This document shows positions 37,565 through 46,695 of a stretch of DNA of 49,837 bases, piece by piece. The DNA is from a bacterium (GTDB lineage: Bacteria > Blakebacterota > Blakebacteria > Blakebacterales > Blakebacteraceae). The stretch lies in contig JALGVQ010000003.1 of NCBI GenBank assembly GCA_025774615.1, positions 1-49,837 on the forward strand, in the 5' to 3' direction. The position numbers and the translations under genes were made by a program. Each line of letters opens with the position of its first letter. The stretch's first letter is position 1. Below the pieces are notes generated by a model. That model made no database searches. It worked only from the letters and a program-made list of their open reading frames with translations, and was not told where the DNA came from.

Positions 37565-38836
37565 ATGGCCAGATACTGGCATTCATCGACATTCAACGGC
37601 TTCTTCGTCGAAGGGAACCGTCAGGACCGGACCCTCACCGAACAGCTCTCCGAAGCACTCGAGGGCATCAGGACGAAGGAGATCATCGGTGCCGGATTTT
37701 ACATCTGGCTCGACAAGGGCGATCCCAAGATCCGGGTAAAAGACCTGGCCGACAGGACTCTTGTCGAACTCCTCGTACCGGAAGCGCCCGTCAAGCCCGT
37801 CAAGAAAGAGAAAAAACCGAAGGTCAAGGACGAGCTCCCCGTCGAAGGCGAGGAGGGTGTAGAGGAGGGTGTAGAGGAGGCTGTGGAACCCGAGCCAGAA
37901 CCAGAACCTGAGGAGGAAGAAGAACTTCCACCGGTTCCGGGGGAACTCGAGATCCTCAGGACACAGATCGATGAGATTCTGGGGAACCGCTTCGAGCGTG
38001 TAGACGTCATGCCCCCCGAAATGGGAATGAAGCTCGATCTTCAGCTTCCCAAATGGAATTCACCAAAGGCAATGGCGATCATCGAAGGTGAGCCGCTTGG
38101 CGGCACCGAAGAGATCGCGACCGCCACGGTGGGACGCAGGGGCGGCGGCATCACGCAGATCCTGGGACTGCTCGCGTTCGTCATCGCGATTGGTTTTGGA
38201 GCCTACTACGTGCTCACAAACCAGACTAACGATGACTACTTCGTCTATATGCCCGGCACCCAGTTCGAGAACATCGGCTCTGCTCGAGGATTCATCAACC
38301 ACAACGACGAATTGATCATCATCACCGTCCCGACCAGCTCCGACACCGGCTGGAACGCTGAAGGGTTCAGATTCGTGAGAGCCAATGACGATTCCATTGT
38401 GACAAACCGGTTCCTCTCTACAGAGAACGATGAGCTGCGGATCGACCATACCCGAGGAATCTGCGCGATACTCGAGCCCGCAGAACCTCTTGACTCGTCG
38501 ACTGCCGTCGAACTCAACGTTGCCGATCTTCAGTGGAACCAGAACCAGGGCTGGCAGGAGTTCTTCGCCACCGAGATCAATCGGGCCATCGTCTTCGGAT
38601 CCCTTGTCCGGGCTGATGACCAGCTCTGGCTCATGGCTGGTGACAACTTCATAGCTATCACCGAATGGGAGTTCCTGACAGATGAAGACCGGGTGAGACT
38701 CGCGTTCGCGGAGAGTGAGTCAAGGCGGGTAAACCTGGAGATCCAGTTCATTGAATCGCTGGCCTATGGCAGCGAACGGACCGCAGCGACGCATCGGCTC
38801 TTCAGGGCCGAGATCCGCAAGGTGAGCGTGGAGTAG
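37565..38836 (+). CDS. Hypothetical single-pass membrane protein with Glu/Pro-rich insert
   Basis: GGAGG RBS; one TM (ILGLLAFVIAIGFGAYYVL); genome-like codon use; downstream terminator. Confidence 0.8.
   Translation: MARYWHSSTFNGFFVEGNRQDRTLTEQLSEALEGIRTKEIIGAGFYIWLDKGDPKIRVKDLADRTLVELLVPEAPVKPVKKEKKPKVKDELPVEGEEGVEEGVEEAVEPEPEPEPEEEEELPPVPGELEILRTQIDEILGNRFERVDVMPPEMGMKLDLQLPKWNSPKAMAIIEGEPLGGTEEIATATVGRRGGGITQILGLLAFVIAIGFGAYYVLTNQTNDDYFVYMPGTQFENIGSARGFINHNDELIIITVPTSSDTGWNAEGFRFVRANDDSIVTNRFLSTENDELRIDHTRGICAILEPAEPLDSSTAVELNVADLQWNQNQGWQEFFATEINRAIVFGSLVRADDQLWLMAGDNFIAITEWEFLTDEDRVRLAFAESESRRVNLEIQFIESLAYGSERTAATHRLFRAEIRKVSVE
37850..37885 (+). repeat. 12-bp coding tandem repeat (EEGV/EEGV/EEAV)
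   Basis: gaggagggtgta x2 plus gaggaggctgtg, followed by EPEPEPE. Confidence 0.8.
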
Positions 38837-38865
38837 CTTTCCGCAACAGGAAGAATGGGTGTATC

Positions 38866-38907
38866 AACCCCGTTCGGTCCACGGACCGTGCGGGGTTTCT
38901 TCTTTTC
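38866..38907 (+). terminator. Rho-independent terminator between convergent genes
   Basis: aaccccg-tt-cggtcc-ac-ggaccg-tg-cggggtt, then tcttcttttc. Confidence 0.75.
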
Positions 38908-40021
38908 AGTAGGCGAGATCGTTCAGCACGTTCCGCATGAAGGGGATATAGAACTTCCAGAAAGTCTCTTCCCCTGGAAAATGCTTCTCGATAATCGACG
39001 AAATGCCGCTCCTGATCTCGGGCATCCACCTGACCTGCGCGGGACCGAGCCAGGTCGGAGCTGTTCCCAGGTCAGCCGCGAGATAATAGGTGTTCCTTTC
39101 CACCCACTGCGAGACGATGGCGGGGAATGTGGTGGGGATCCTGTTCTCCTGCATGATTCCGTCACCAACACCGGTGAGAGAAAGCTGGATCATGGCCCGG
39201 ATCTGTTCCACACGGTTGGCCTCCACTATCTCGAACCACCCATTGACCGGAAGACCCGATTCGACACCTTCGGCAAGCGCGCCGTCGCGTCGTGTGAGAG
39301 TGATCCGTGGGCTGGCCTCCCGCACTTCCACCCCCGGTCTGAGAATCACGAACTTCTTCAGTTCCGGTTCCATGAGGATGATCCCGGGACCGGTGAAGTC
39401 CCAGGTCCGACCGATCTCCCTCTCGTAAAATGTCCGCGCCCAGAACGGAACCTTGAACATATTGCTGAGATCATCGAAACAGCCGCCGATCCAGCCGGTC
39501 CACGTCACACCGAATGCCTCCTCCAGTTTCCGGCGCGATCGATTGCCGCCCTCGTGAGAGGAATAGAAGAGGAAGGCTTCCGCCACGGTTGTACGTCCGG
39601 AGTTCACAAAGTCGACCACCGCGTCAACTTCGCGCAGGCTCAGGCCGGAATGGAGAAGCTCATCCCGGCGAGGGTTACGGAGCACCTCGAACTTCTCGGT
39701 GCCGCTCCTCCACACTCCTCGCAGGTCACAGAGGTAGAGCAGATCGATCTCTTCAAGCACCTCAGGTTCGAACCTTGCGATGCGTTCGGTCTGATTGGGG
39801 AAGAAACCGTAGTAGTTATCAAGACGGTAGGGACTCCCGTTCCTGCGGCGTATCCTCATCTGCTCAGTGAGCCAGGTGATCCCCGCGTGTGTTTTCACTT
39901 TGTCGTCGGTGACCGAGGCGTCCACTACCACCATGTCGACTGTCCTGTCATCCGCAAGCTTCCACGCAACTGGTGGAGCCAGAACCAGGATGAGGAAAAT
40001 CAGTAACAACAGCTTTTTCAT
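38906..40021 (-). CDS. Conserved hypothetical exported/membrane-anchored protein
   Basis: N-terminal signal/TM; motifs YYGFFP, DLLYL.D..GV, FGVTWTGWIG..F.DL, VP.W, W.F.GPG. Confidence 0.75.
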   Translation of the reverse strand: MKKLLLLIFLILVLAPPVAWKLADDRTVDMVVVDASVTDDKVKTHAGITWLTEQMRIRRRNGSPYRLDNYYGFFPNQTERIARFEPEVLEEIDLLYLCDLRGVWRSGTEKFEVLRNPRRDELLHSGLSLREVDAVVDFVNSGRTTVAEAFLFYSSHEGGNRSRRKLEEAFGVTWTGWIGGCFDDLSNMFKVPFWARTFYEREIGRTWDFTGPGIILMEPELKKFVILRPGVEVREASPRITLTRRDGALAEGVESGLPVNGWFEIVEANRVEQIRAMIQLSLTGVGDGIMQENRIPTTFPAIVSQWVERNTYYLAADLGTAPTWLGPAQVRWMPEIRSGISSIIEKHFPGEETFWKFYIPFMRNVLNDLAY

Positions 40022-40199
40022 GGTCAGGTCAGCCCTTCCGCGGCCAGCAGACTATGCCTACCCCCACATCAACGCATCATTAATGATACCGTGCTGCTTT
40101 CGGATAAGGATAGCGGAAAGCCCCCCCCTGCTGAGCGTATCGCCCGGTGAGGACGAAGCTGTGTACTTAATGCCTGAAGTCGGGTATCGTTCCATTACT

Positions 40200-41255
40200 A
40201 TGCAGATGAGTGAGACATGGCTTGAGGATATCGTCTGGGGCGGTGCCCTCCTGGGCGGCGGAGGAGGAGGCAGTGTCTCCGAAGGTCTGGCACTGGGCAG
40301 AGCCGCCTTCAGTGTCGGTCGACCGACGCTTGTTCATCCCGCCGATCATCCCCCAGAGGGACTGCTCGCTTCCTGTACCGTGGCTGAAGCGCCCGTAGGC
40401 AGGAGGGCCAATCTCAATCCCGGCCATCATATGCGCGTGGTCGAACTGCTTCGTGAGCACCTCAGCGGTGAATTGTCCGGGCTGATCCCCGAGGGTATGG
40501 GGGGACGAGCTGTCGTGGATGGATGGTACCCGTCGGCTGTGCTCGGTTTTCCGGTAATCGACCTCCCCGGTGACGGGCGGGGACACCCGCTCACCCTGCA
40601 GGGAACACTTGGTCTCACACAGGTGAAGGGATACATCTCATGGCAGGCCTGTGCGGGAGGTGATTCCAACCGCAGCGAATACGTCGAACTGTACGTCTCG
40701 GCTTCTCTACCTATAGCAGACAAACTGATCCGGAGAGCAGCCGCGCAGGCAGGCGGGACCGTCGCTGTCGCGCGCAATCCGATCGACCTGAATCGGGTGA
40801 TCGATGGCGGCGTTCCTGGCGGGATCCGGCTCGCTCAGGAACTTGGCAGGGATTATCGCAGACAGCTCGGCATGAGCCTTGAGCTAGCCGCTCACTGGCT
40901 CACCGAACAGCCGGGGGCGAGATACTGGGGTGAAGCGGAGGTCGGTGATTACCGGGAGAGTTTCACTCGTGGCATGTCGATCGGGATGATCGAATGCCCG
41001 CCATTCCGCCTGATGGCAGTCGGCACATTCATCACCATGGAACGGGACGGGGAATACCTGGCCCGTTATCCCGACCTTATCATCGCGCTCGACGCGCTCA
41101 ACGGAATGCCCCTGACGATCAATGAACTGAGCAAGGGACGTAAAATTCTTCTGCTCACGATCCCGTCACACAGTCTGAAACTGGGGGCCGGTGCGACCGA
41201 TACCAGCCTGTTGGAATCACTGGAAACGCTGACCGGCGTATCGATGGTTCAGTAA
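40200..41255 (+). CDS. DUF917 family protein
   Basis: EDIVWGGALLGGGGGG, PVID..GDGRGHP, ARNP, YPDLI..LD...G.P. Start trimmed (40170 or 40200) to avoid overlapping the divergent gene. Confidence 0.8.
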   Translation: MQMSETWLEDIVWGGALLGGGGGGSVSEGLALGRAAFSVGRPTLVHPADHPPEGLLASCTVAEAPVGRRANLNPGHHMRVVELLREHLSGELSGLIPEGMGGRAVVDGWYPSAVLGFPVIDLPGDGRGHPLTLQGTLGLTQVKGYISWQACAGGDSNRSEYVELYVSASLPIADKLIRRAAAQAGGTVAVARNPIDLNRVIDGGVPGGIRLAQELGRDYRRQLGMSLELAAHWLTEQPGARYWGEAEVGDYRESFTRGMSIGMIECPPFRLMAVGTFITMERDGEYLARYPDLIIALDALNGMPLTINELSKGRKILLLTIPSHSLKLGAGATDTSLLESLETLTGVSMVQ

Positions 41256-41265
41256 TGGTTCAGTA
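41244..41265 (+). repeat. 11-bp tandem duplication spanning the DUF917 stop codon
   Basis: atggttcagta atggttcagta. Confidence 0.7.
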
Positions 41266-41320
41266 AGAGAACTACACTGCCTTCAGATGCATCGGATAAT
41301 GACAGGCCAGTTATCCGCAA

Positions 41321-41794
41321 TCAGATCCCGGGCGGTACGTCTCCCATGGAAAAGTTGTCCACCCAGTTGCTCTCAATATCCACCAGGGAACGCGCGGCTT
41401 CCTGTGCATCGGTCAGCGCCGGATAGCGGCCGACCCTGACCCGGTACCAGGTTCCCATCCCGGGTATATCCGCCTTCTGCACATAGGCCTCCAGCCCCAT
41501 CTCCTGATACCTGCGGGCTTCACGATCAGCTTTCGTCTCTGTCTTCCAGGAAGAGAGCTGAATGGTGTAGAACCCGAAGGGACTCTCAGCAGCCTCCCGC
41601 ACCACGGCTGGTTCCTCCGCGGCGGCCGGCTGTTCGGTCGGTTGTACAGCTGGTTGCTGAGCCGGTTGTGTCGCAGGCTGTTCAACTGTAGCGGCTGGTT
41701 CTTCGTCGGCACCGCCGCCACATCCGACTGCCATTATGGTGATCATGATGAAAGGTATTACCGCGGCGAAAAACCGATTCCGTTCCACTCTCAT
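41321..41794 (-). CDS. SPOR-domain lipoprotein
   Basis: Lipobox AVGC, QPA-repeat linker, SPOR motif YTIQLSSW...A...WYRVRVG.Y....A. Confidence 0.9.
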   Translation of the reverse strand: MRVERNRFFAAVIPFIMITIMAVGCGGGADEEPAATVEQPATQPAQQPAVQPTEQPAAAEEPAVVREAAESPFGFYTIQLSSWKTETKADREARRYQEMGLEAYVQKADIPGMGTWYRVRVGRYPALTDAQEAARSLVDIESNWVDNFSMGDVPPGI

Positions 41795-42008
41795 AGCCCT
41801 GAACTCTCCTGCCCTATCGTCTGATCGATCGACGTGGTGAGAAAGCTGTCGGTGAGAGCGTAACCATGTCGAGACGGCAGGTCAACCGGGGTGAGCCTTG
41901 ACACTCCCTGAAAGTGATGAGGATAATTCCATGATTCCAGACTCTTTACCTGGTGGGATTCCGGCGTAAACCTTCTGGCCTTCTGCTCATCACATGCGAG
42001 GAGTACCG

Positions 42009-44045
42009 ATGAGAACAACTCCCGGACAAACGGCCCTGCTGACGACACTCAGGGGAACGATGCTTTCCCTCCTGCTCGTCACGGGTGTCCAGGCCCAGCT
42101 TCCAGGCGGTGTGACCGTACCCGTTCCCGGTTACCGTCCGGTCGCGTCATACGAGATGGATGTGACCCTCGACCGTGAGAATCATACCGTTTCAGGAACT
42201 GAGGTAATCACCTTCCGGAACACCACCAGGCATCCGGTCACCGAACTTCTCTTCCACAGCTACTACAATGCCTGGAAGACCGATGGCAGTACCTGGCTCA
42301 GTTCCAGGGGCCGGAGGATCCCTCCCGATACCCCGGAAGAACGTCTCGCCTGGCTCCAGGTCACTGATGCCGTGATCCAGCCGAACATGTTCTTCAGCCG
42401 CGACGATATCATCGAGACATTCGCCTACATCCAGCCTGATGACGGGAATGTCTGGGATCAGACCCTCTTCCGGCTCGGATTGCCTCGCCCTCTTCCAGCC
42501 GGAGGCGAGGTGGAACTGCTCATCGAGTTCACACTAAAGGTACCACGGACCTTTTCCCGCACGGGATACATCGACGACTACTACTTCCTGGCCCAGTGGT
42601 TTCCGAAGATCGGAGTACTCACTGATGAAGGCTGGGAGGCGCACCAGTACTTCCCCGTGGAATATTTTGCCGACTACGGCACCTATGATGTCAGGATCAC
42701 CGTGCCGAGCGACTGCGTGGTCGGAGCAACCGGGGAGCTGACCGGACGACCGGAGGTCCATCAGGACGGAACCACCACCCACAGATTCAGACAGGAGATG
42801 GTCCACGACTTCGCCTGGGTGGCCTGGCCCGATTACCTGGTCTATACCGAGGATTATGAGTTCATGCCGGGGTACGAGACCGAGGTGACCCTGCTGCTCA
42901 CTCCCGAGCACAGGAGACTGCGTGACCGTTATCTCGACGCTACGAAATTCGGCATCAAGTACTACTCTGAATGGTTCGGTCCCTATCCCTACACCACCGC
43001 AACGATCGTCGATCCCGCTTTCAATTCAGGCGCCGGAGGCATGGAGTACCCCACCTTCTTCACCGGGGGCGCTCCACTCTTCGCAGCCGAGGGCGTTCTG
43101 CGTCCCGAGGGAGTCACGATCCACGAGTTCGGACATCAATACTGGTACGGGATCGTGGGGAACAATGAGGTGGTGGATGCATGGCTCGACGAAGGATTCA
43201 ACTCCTACAGTGAATCCCGCGTGCAGATGGTTGCATATGAACCGAACCGCGAGATGATGACCTTCTTCAACCTGCCGGTTGTTTTCGATGAGGTGGAGAT
43301 CCCCTTCCGATGGGCGGCGGCTCCTCGATACCGCTCTTCGGTGCTGACAGAACCACTCGATATGCCCAGCTATCAGAAACGCTACAGCTATGGAGCGAAC
43401 GCCTACAATAAAGGCGAGCTCATGCACTGGACCCTCGAGGGATTCCTCGGCTGGGAAACATGGCAGGAGGTGATGTCGACCTACTACGAACGGTGGAAGT
43501 TCAGGCACCCGACCTCAGAGGATTTCTTTGTAATAGCTAACGAGGTGTCGGGCATCGATCTGAATCCTTTCTTCGACACCTTCTACCATACGGCCTCGTT
43601 CATGGATTATGACATCTATGCTGTGGAGAACATTCGGAGCGAACCACCAGCCGGGTCGCTCGAGCGACCGGACTTCGCGCCCGGGGGTGGCCCCGAGTGG
43701 GCACCGGTCGATCCAGGTCCGGCCCCTGACGGGTGGCTCTCCCGCGTCACGATCAGGCGCCTCGGGGAGCTGATCCTGCCGGTCGAGGTTCTCGTTGAAT
43801 TCGGGGATGGCGATCAGGTGATCGAACGCTGGGATGGCAGGGATCGATCGATCACCTGGACCTGGCAGCGGCCCGATGAGGTTGTATCTGTAGTGATAGA
43901 TCCAGAGGAGAAGCTGGTCCTCGACATCAACCGTACCAATAATTCGTGGATACAGAAGGCTGACCATCGCGGGGCCAGGAAACTCGTGCTCCGCTGGCTG
44001 TTCTGGGTACAATCACTCCTCGAAATGCTGGTATTCACCAGTTAG
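42009..44045 (+). CDS. Secreted M1 family zinc metallopeptidase
   Basis: GGMEYP, HEFGH-X18-E (WLDEG), YNKG; signal peptide VQA-Q; GAGGAG RBS before ATG 42009. Confidence 0.93.
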   Translation: MRTTPGQTALLTTLRGTMLSLLLVTGVQAQLPGGVTVPVPGYRPVASYEMDVTLDRENHTVSGTEVITFRNTTRHPVTELLFHSYYNAWKTDGSTWLSSRGRRIPPDTPEERLAWLQVTDAVIQPNMFFSRDDIIETFAYIQPDDGNVWDQTLFRLGLPRPLPAGGEVELLIEFTLKVPRTFSRTGYIDDYYFLAQWFPKIGVLTDEGWEAHQYFPVEYFADYGTYDVRITVPSDCVVGATGELTGRPEVHQDGTTTHRFRQEMVHDFAWVAWPDYLVYTEDYEFMPGYETEVTLLLTPEHRRLRDRYLDATKFGIKYYSEWFGPYPYTTATIVDPAFNSGAGGMEYPTFFTGGAPLFAAEGVLRPEGVTIHEFGHQYWYGIVGNNEVVDAWLDEGFNSYSESRVQMVAYEPNREMMTFFNLPVVFDEVEIPFRWAAAPRYRSSVLTEPLDMPSYQKRYSYGANAYNKGELMHWTLEGFLGWETWQEVMSTYYERWKFRHPTSEDFFVIANEVSGIDLNPFFDTFYHTASFMDYDIYAVENIRSEPPAGSLERPDFAPGGGPEWAPVDPGPAPDGWLSRVTIRRLGELILPVEVLVEFGDGDQVIERWDGRDRSITWTWQRPDEVVSVVIDPEEKLVLDINRTNNSWIQKADHRGARKLVLRWLFWVQSLLEMLVFTS

Positions 44046-44060
44046 AAAGGGGGGCGAACG

Positions 44061-45098
44061 ATGACCATTTTCGATGCATTCCTCAAGGGGATCACCCTCG
44101 CCACCCGGCACTGGAAAGCCCTGCTGGTTGTGTACGCTCTCAATCTGCTCCTGGTGGCCACCGTCGCGATACCGGTGTACCACGCGATCGACAACAACCT
44201 GTCACATTCCGAATCCGCCGAAGAGATGGCAGAGGGCTTCGACTGGCTCTGGTATCAGGAGTTCACGGCTTCGCGTGATCCCGATTCCGACCTCTCTGCA
44301 ACGATCGCGCCCTGGCAGACGGGTGTGGCACCCCTGATGCGGAACTTCGAAGGATATGTTCGAGGCACCCTGCGCGGCTCACTCCCGCCAGGGCTTGCCT
44401 GGATCGGGATACTCTACCTGCTGATGACCACGCTGCTGACAGGAGGGATCCTCGGCCTCTTCGCTGAGGAGGGAAGTCGATTCACATTCAGGTTCTTCTT
44501 CGATCGGGCAGGTCGATATTTCCTCATGCTCCTGGGGATACTGGTGATCTCCCAGGCATTCTACTGGCTGTTGTGGAACCCGATCGGTAACGCTCACCAG
44601 GGGCTTGTCTCATCGATACGACCCGAGGCTGTCACGGAGTGGACTCCGATACTCATCGACTGGGCAGGTGTCCTGGTCCTGATGTTCGTCGCGTTCTCCA
44701 TTCACATGGTGATGGATTACGCGCGTATCGCTGTGGTCGCATGGGACAAAATGGGACTGGGTCCATCGCTGGCCGGAGCACTCGGCTTCTGCCTGAGGAA
44801 CATCCGGAAGACTCTTGGATTGTTCTATCTGACCACCCTGCTGGCGATCGTGATCGCGCTTCTCTATGGACTCCTTGTCAAGCTGGGTGGCGGTTCGACC
44901 ACGTCACAACTCATTATCCTTTTCATCGCCCAGCAGCTCTTCATTATCGGCTCGATCTGGATACGGATGGTCTACCTCGGGAGCCAACTGGCATTTTACC
45001 GGGGCGCGATGAACATGCCGGTTTGGGTGACCCCATCGGGCCCCGCCCCGGAGGGTCTTGAAGATAACGTGGAGATAGAGGAAGCAGCACTCGCGTAG
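44061..45098 (+). CDS. Multi-pass membrane protein coupled to the M1 peptidase
   Basis: About 6 TM; GFD..W..EF, GGIL, DYARI, QQ motifs; 15 bp after the peptidase. Confidence 0.8.
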   Translation: MTIFDAFLKGITLATRHWKALLVVYALNLLLVATVAIPVYHAIDNNLSHSESAEEMAEGFDWLWYQEFTASRDPDSDLSATIAPWQTGVAPLMRNFEGYVRGTLRGSLPPGLAWIGILYLLMTTLLTGGILGLFAEEGSRFTFRFFFDRAGRYFLMLLGILVISQAFYWLLWNPIGNAHQGLVSSIRPEAVTEWTPILIDWAGVLVLMFVAFSIHMVMDYARIAVVAWDKMGLGPSLAGALGFCLRNIRKTLGLFYLTTLLAIVIALLYGLLVKLGGGSTTSQLIILFIAQQLFIIGSIWIRMVYLGSQLAFYRGAMNMPVWVTPSGPAPEGLEDNVEIEEAALA

Positions 45099-45134
45099 GA
45101 GCAGAGCGCGAAGTGGAGGTAGCTGAGCGAGGAA

Positions 45135-45233
45135 TCATCTGTCAGATCGAGGCGCTCGACGAGGCGCGCGGAAGCGTACAGGTATGTACGCCGCACAAGC
45201 GGCGAGGATGAGCAACGCAGAGATGACTGATGA
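45135..45233 (+). repeat. Dispersed palindromic intergenic repeat, copy B
   Basis: Outer stem tcatctgtca/tgactgatga, inner stem gcgtac/gtacgc; aligns to 11498-11558; between convergent genes. Confidence 0.65.
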
Positions 45234-45240
45234 GAGCCGC

Positions 45241-45987
45241 TCAGAATCCGATGTAGAGGCCGATCCGCACCCCCATCCCCGACAGATCCAGTTCGGGCGA
45301 TCCGGTAAAGCTCAGACCGTTCTCTGTGAGTTTGCCGGCGCCGATCGTGGCGAACTGCCAGGTCGCCCCCAAATCGACAGCCAGCAGTGGTACGATCCAG
45401 TAGCGGAGACTGATGTACGGTTCGAAGAGGAAGTACTTCCCCTCGATTGTGGTGGAGGTGGCAAGTGACGCGGCGCCGACACTGCCTGCGAAGGAGGTGG
45501 CATAGTACTCCCAGACATCATCCCACGTCCCGGCTGCCGCCGGCCGCCGGACCAGCCGGATGTCGATGTGCCCCATGCCGACGGTTCCGCCCAGGGTAAG
45601 TTTCATCATGCCGAATGCCTTGAGATACCCGAGCGACAATCCACCCTGGGAGAGATCGATACGCGCTGTCCGCAGAATACCGCCGGAGGTGGCGCTCATT
45701 TCGACAGTCCCTCCGCAGGAGAATCCACCGATCCAGAACGAACCGATGTTTATGCCACCCCCCCCACCCTGCAATGAGATCCAGTCGGAAAAAGGGTCGA
45801 GCCCCATCGCGGCCAGCCGGCTGTCGAGATCGGGAACCTCGACTTTGATCATCGAAATGTATGCCCCACCTCCCGCACCGATCGCCTGTGGCGCGTGATA
45901 GCCGGACTCCAGATTCTGCGCACTGGCTGAAGAAAACGGGATCAGCATGGCAGATACGAGCAGGCTGGTACGGAGTGGAAGTGACAT
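45241..45987 (-). CDS. Outer-membrane beta-barrel protein
   Basis: GGAG RBS, signal peptide ASA-Q, Gly-rich strands, C-terminal GVRIGLYIGF beta-signal. Confidence 0.75.
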   Translation of the reverse strand: MSLPLRTSLLVSAMLIPFSSASAQNLESGYHAPQAIGAGGGAYISMIKVEVPDLDSRLAAMGLDPFSDWISLQGGGGGINIGSFWIGGFSCGGTVEMSATSGGILRTARIDLSQGGLSLGYLKAFGMMKLTLGGTVGMGHIDIRLVRRPAAAGTWDDVWEYYATSFAGSVGAASLATSTTIEGKYFLFEPYISLRYWIVPLLAVDLGATWQFATIGAGKLTENGLSFTGSPELDLSGMGVRIGLYIGF

Positions 45988-46089
45988 GCAGATATCTCCT
46001 TTTTCTTGCCCACAAGCCGTCGAGTCAGCATGTTCTACCCTGGTCAGGGAGAGAGGATCACTACCAACCCGAGGAACGAGCACAACAAC

Positions 46090-46320
46090 ATGTCAGCAAA
46101 AGCATTCGTTCTCGTCAACGTGGAACCGGGTGTGGTCACAGAAATCGTGTCCCGTCTCAGGGATGCTGCCCACATCAAGTCTGCGTATATGGTCACAGGA
46201 CCCTATGACGCGATTGCGGAAGTCGAGGCGGAGGACTACGCTCGGATCGCGGAAATCGTTGAGGATGAAGTAAGAAAAATGGAGGGCATCGAGAAAACGA
46301 TGACCCTGGTGGTTTTTTAA
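46090..46320 (+). CDS. Stand-alone Lrp/AsnC ligand-binding (RAM) domain protein
   Basis: AFVLVNVEPG...VTGPYDAIAEVE...GIEKTMTL; 76 aa, no HTH. Confidence 0.88.
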   Translation: MSAKAFVLVNVEPGVVTEIVSRLRDAAHIKSAYMVTGPYDAIAEVEAEDYARIAEIVEDEVRKMEGIEKTMTLVVF

Positions 46321-46344
46321 GCACCTGTTGGAGGAGACGCTTCA

Positions 46345-46686
46345 ATGGCAATCAAGAAAGAAATGATCGATGACGTGGCGGTCCTCACCCTGAAGGGCAA
46401 ATTAATGGGTGGACCAGAAACTACGGCGATCCATGACCAGGTGAAGGAACTCGTCGACGGAGGGACGAAGAAAGTCGTCCTCGACCTCACAAAGGTCAGC
46501 TGGCTCAACAGCACCGGCCTCGGCATGATCATGGCTTCCAGCACCACACTGGGAAGTGTCGACGGTGAACTCAAGATCGCCGGGCTCCAGGACAAGGCCC
46601 GGGGACTCTTCTCCATCGCAAAGCTCGACACGGTCTTCAAGATCTACGGAACGGCCGAGCGGGCCGCTGCTGATTTCCAGATCTAG
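46345..46686 (+). CDS. STAS domain anti-sigma factor antagonist
   Basis: LKGKLMGG, VVLDLTKVSWLNSTGLG, LF.IAKL..VF; GGAGG RBS. Confidence 0.92.
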   Translation: MAIKKEMIDDVAVLTLKGKLMGGPETTAIHDQVKELVDGGTKKVVLDLTKVSWLNSTGLGMIMASSTTLGSVDGELKIAGLQDKARGLFSIAKLDTVFKIYGTAERAAADFQI

Positions 46687-46695
46687 CCAGCACGG

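Noticed and set aside
39867-40169. N-terminal extension of the DUF917 ORF
   Set aside because: It overlaps the divergent gene, and family similarity starts only near 40200.
41630-41690. QPA-type repeats in the SPOR lipoprotein
   Set aside because: This is an ordinary low-complexity linker.
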